Positions 60,843-64,000 of a stretch of 64,000 bases of DNA are shown here, in pieces; within the stretch, counting starts at the first letter, position 1, and every line of letters begins with the position of its first letter. The notes beneath the pieces are model-generated. The model searched no databases. It had not been told where the DNA came from and saw only the letters and a list, made by a program, of their open reading frames with translations. The stretch comes from Octopus vulgaris. Lineage: Eukaryota. The stretch lies in contig OX597814.1 in the NCBI GenBank assembly GCA_951406725.2, forward strand, positions 100,130,001-100,194,000, read 5' to 3'. Position numbers and translations under genes: made by a program.

Positions 60843-63562
60843 TACATACATACGTATATATATATACATATACATACATGCATATACATACATGCATATA
60901 TATATATATATATATATTTATATACATATAATGCATGCATATATAATAATAATAAATATATGTGTGTGTGTGCATATATGGGTACAGGACGTCAACAACT
61001 TTGTAAACAACATGAAATACGTAAACAACGAAAGAAAAAGAAAAAACAGAGCATGTACACACAGAGAAACAAGCCTTCTTCAGTTGTCGGCTGTCTATCT
61101 ACTCCTCATTTCGAACATTTCACGGCCCTATGAGTCTTCAAAGACTGTTCCTCCCATAAATTCTAAAATAGAATTTAGGATTTATGGAGGGCCAATTTGG
61201 GAACGAAAACAGGACAGTGGAGACATACAAGGAAACCCAAAGAAAACAAACATGGAGGGTCGTTAGACCAGAGCGAGAGGAAATAGTGAACGCTGGAAGA
61301 AATATTTTCATATAAACGACACTTCATGCACATATACATATACACTCGATGCATATACACTCATCTATGTTTGCATATATATATGTGTGTGTGTGTGTGT
61401 GCTTGTGTGTGTGTGTGTGTGAGTATGTATGTGTGTTTGTATGTCTATATAGAGAGGAGGAGATCGAAGAGAGAGAAAGATAGAGAAAAAAGCGACATGT
61501 GCACGGGGTCATTAAGAAAGTAATCTATTTAAGACACTCGCCTGGTTTCGGAAAATAAAACAAGAAAAAAAACAGTATATGCATACAAGAGAGGAAAAAA
61601 ATGTCAGTAACTATAATAAATCATTATCGTATCATAGGTTATCTTTATTAATGACCGTTTGATATGTATCTACTTTACTACGTTTGATAACTTTGCTCTG
61701 TCGTTAACTTCTGTTTACAGACTTCGTGGAATAATTATCAAATTCTGTATTTGCAGGGAGATATTGATGATTAGAGTTTAATCTTGTCTTTCATATCTAT
61801 GCTATGTATTTACTTACTTTTATTATTTAATTTAATGTCTTCTTTACTCTATTATGATGTCTCGTCTCCGCTCTAATACAATATTCGATTAATAACCTTT
61901 AGCATCCTCTCAAGGGTTGGTGTTTGCCATTGTGAAAAGACGGGTGTGGGGAGAATTCTGTTTATGCGTTAGACTACAATTAGTACTCAGTTTGCAATAC
62001 CAAACTTATATTATTTTATTCTTTACCTCGTTTCATTCGTTAGACGGCTCTCATGCTGGGGTACAGACTAGAGTTACTTCCATAGAAGTACACTCATACA
62101 CATTCATTCACAAGGCATTGGTTAGTTCAGTGCTTCAGTAGAAGCCATTTCGTCAAGGTGCTGCATGGCATAACTGAACCAGAAACTTACATAGTCATTT
62201 AGCGAACTTTATGACCACACAGTTCTCTCTTTGCCAATTCCAATGTAATGAAAATTATAGTCTTGCAGTATCCCGTAGTTCTATTTTACAATGGCGTTTT
62301 ATATATTTTAATCACAAATTCATGTAACAATTAAATATTACAAAAACACCATATGTTGTGTGTTGCAGCATAAGTAATACATTAACAAGGGGCGTTATTG
62401 TTGGTGGTATTGGATCACTTATCTGACAATGCTGATGAATAAGTTTATTGTGTTTATGATAAATGTAAAAGGTTTAGTTGTTTCTTAACTAGAATACGGG
62501 GATATTCAAAACTGTTATCCTATTCTAGATGATGATTTTACAATAAAAAATTGACTCAACGCAAGCCCAATATCAATTCATTGTTAAACTCTCAGATTAG
62601 GTGTATTGAGAACGTAAAACGAAATACTCTAACACTTGTGCTTTTTTCAAGTACTGTAAAATAAGTGGGAAAATCTATACAAATGAAATCTATACAAATG
62701 AAAAACAACTGAATGTATGGTTGTGCATTTGCTTTAATTCAAGCCTGCGTGGTCATCCCCTCACTTATTAGAAATAATTGAAGTTTCATTGCGCCAAATT
62801 TGAGATTTTGTGCCTCTGTAAGAGATCGATATATCCCCTTCTTTAACACCTTCTGTATAGCAGCATGAGTTAGATGGATCATTTGATTGATAATTAAGTT
62901 ATCCTGGCTACTGCAACAATAACTGAGTATCGGTTCGTATCCAGTTACTAGCATATTTGATCATATATACAGGGGAATAAATATAACAGACCAATCTCTG
63001 TCGTTCTCAAAGCGCTCTCACCACGAAAGGAATTGGGAAAACTTATGAAAATATAAGTTACAGGCGTCGTAGTGCATGAGATAAAACTTCCGACATACCA
63101 GTTACGATCGTTTCATTTCACTATTTTGCAGACTTCAACAAATATCACGATGGACTTGCTGTATAACAAATATATACATCCATATATAAATAAACAAATA
63201 AATAAATTATATTGAAAATGAATGACGCTGAAAACAAGATATACAAATATGTTCGAAGCAGGGATTAAAAAAACCAGACAGCAATCCGATAATGGTAGCT
63301 ACAGTGAGATCGATAATACTCACACATACATAAACACATATTATACAGCAATGCACTGTGTAGATTCTTTGTATGACATTTAGCTCATTGGGGGAAAACT
63401 CTCGAACACAAAATTTAGTCCGCTCACTCATAACAGGAAATATATAAAAGGAACGAACATTATCTAAAACGTACGCTGCATTGAGAGTGAAGTTGTATCA
63501 GAAACAAGGTACAATAGATGATGATGATGTTGATGATGATGATGGTGATGGTATTGTGAGAA

Positions 63563-63627
<65 letters not shown>

Positions 63628-63840
63628 CATCATCAACATCATCAGCAACAGAATCGTTAGCACAGTGAACAAACAGCTTAGCAGCATTTCTTTCAGCTTT
63701 ACATTCTGAGTTCAAAGTCGACTTTGCAATTCATCCTAGCCGGATAGATAAACTATATCCCAGGTTATCACTGGAACCCATGAAATTAACTCGACTATTC
63801 CCCACAAAATTTCTGTCTATTTGCCTATAGCAGAAAGAAA

Positions 63841-63881
<41 letters not shown>

Positions 63882-64000
63882 GAGTGTTGGAATATGTTGA
63901 ATAAAATCATGATTCTCTCTATATTTTCCCCAAAGCCAGAAACTATTCAGCACCCCATCGTATGTATGTATAAATGTATGTATGTATGTATGTATGTATG

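Overview
AT-rich eukaryotic genomic DNA dense in microsatellites ((TA)n, (CA)n, (GA)n, (TATG)n, (GATA)n and trinucleotide tracts). The SINE, LINE and microsatellite landscape looks like an octopus (coleoid cephalopod) genome; this is inference. The only supportable host gene is an Iroquois-class TALE homeobox gene (Irx) on the minus strand. Three coding exons join through canonical AG/GT sites with matching phases: 21367-21258, 17331-16955 (homeodomain) and 15708-14738 (IRO box and stop), giving 485 aa with no start codon. I could not find the N-terminal exon(s) in the 42.6 kb upstream. Nearly all other ORFs in the track are microsatellite artefacts. The rest is transposon debris: RTE and CR1-like LINE 3' fragments, several tRNA-derived SINE families (labelled heads A-D here for convenience) and MITEs. 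The most interesting observations are combinatorial head/tail swapping among the SINEs, a dimeric SINE with a 17-bp TSD, a candidate imperfect hammerhead ribozyme at about 57.8 kb, hairpins in the Irx last intron and 3' UTR, and short inverted copies of neighbouring sequence embedded in (TA)n arrays. I found no evidence of a novel multi-gene system.
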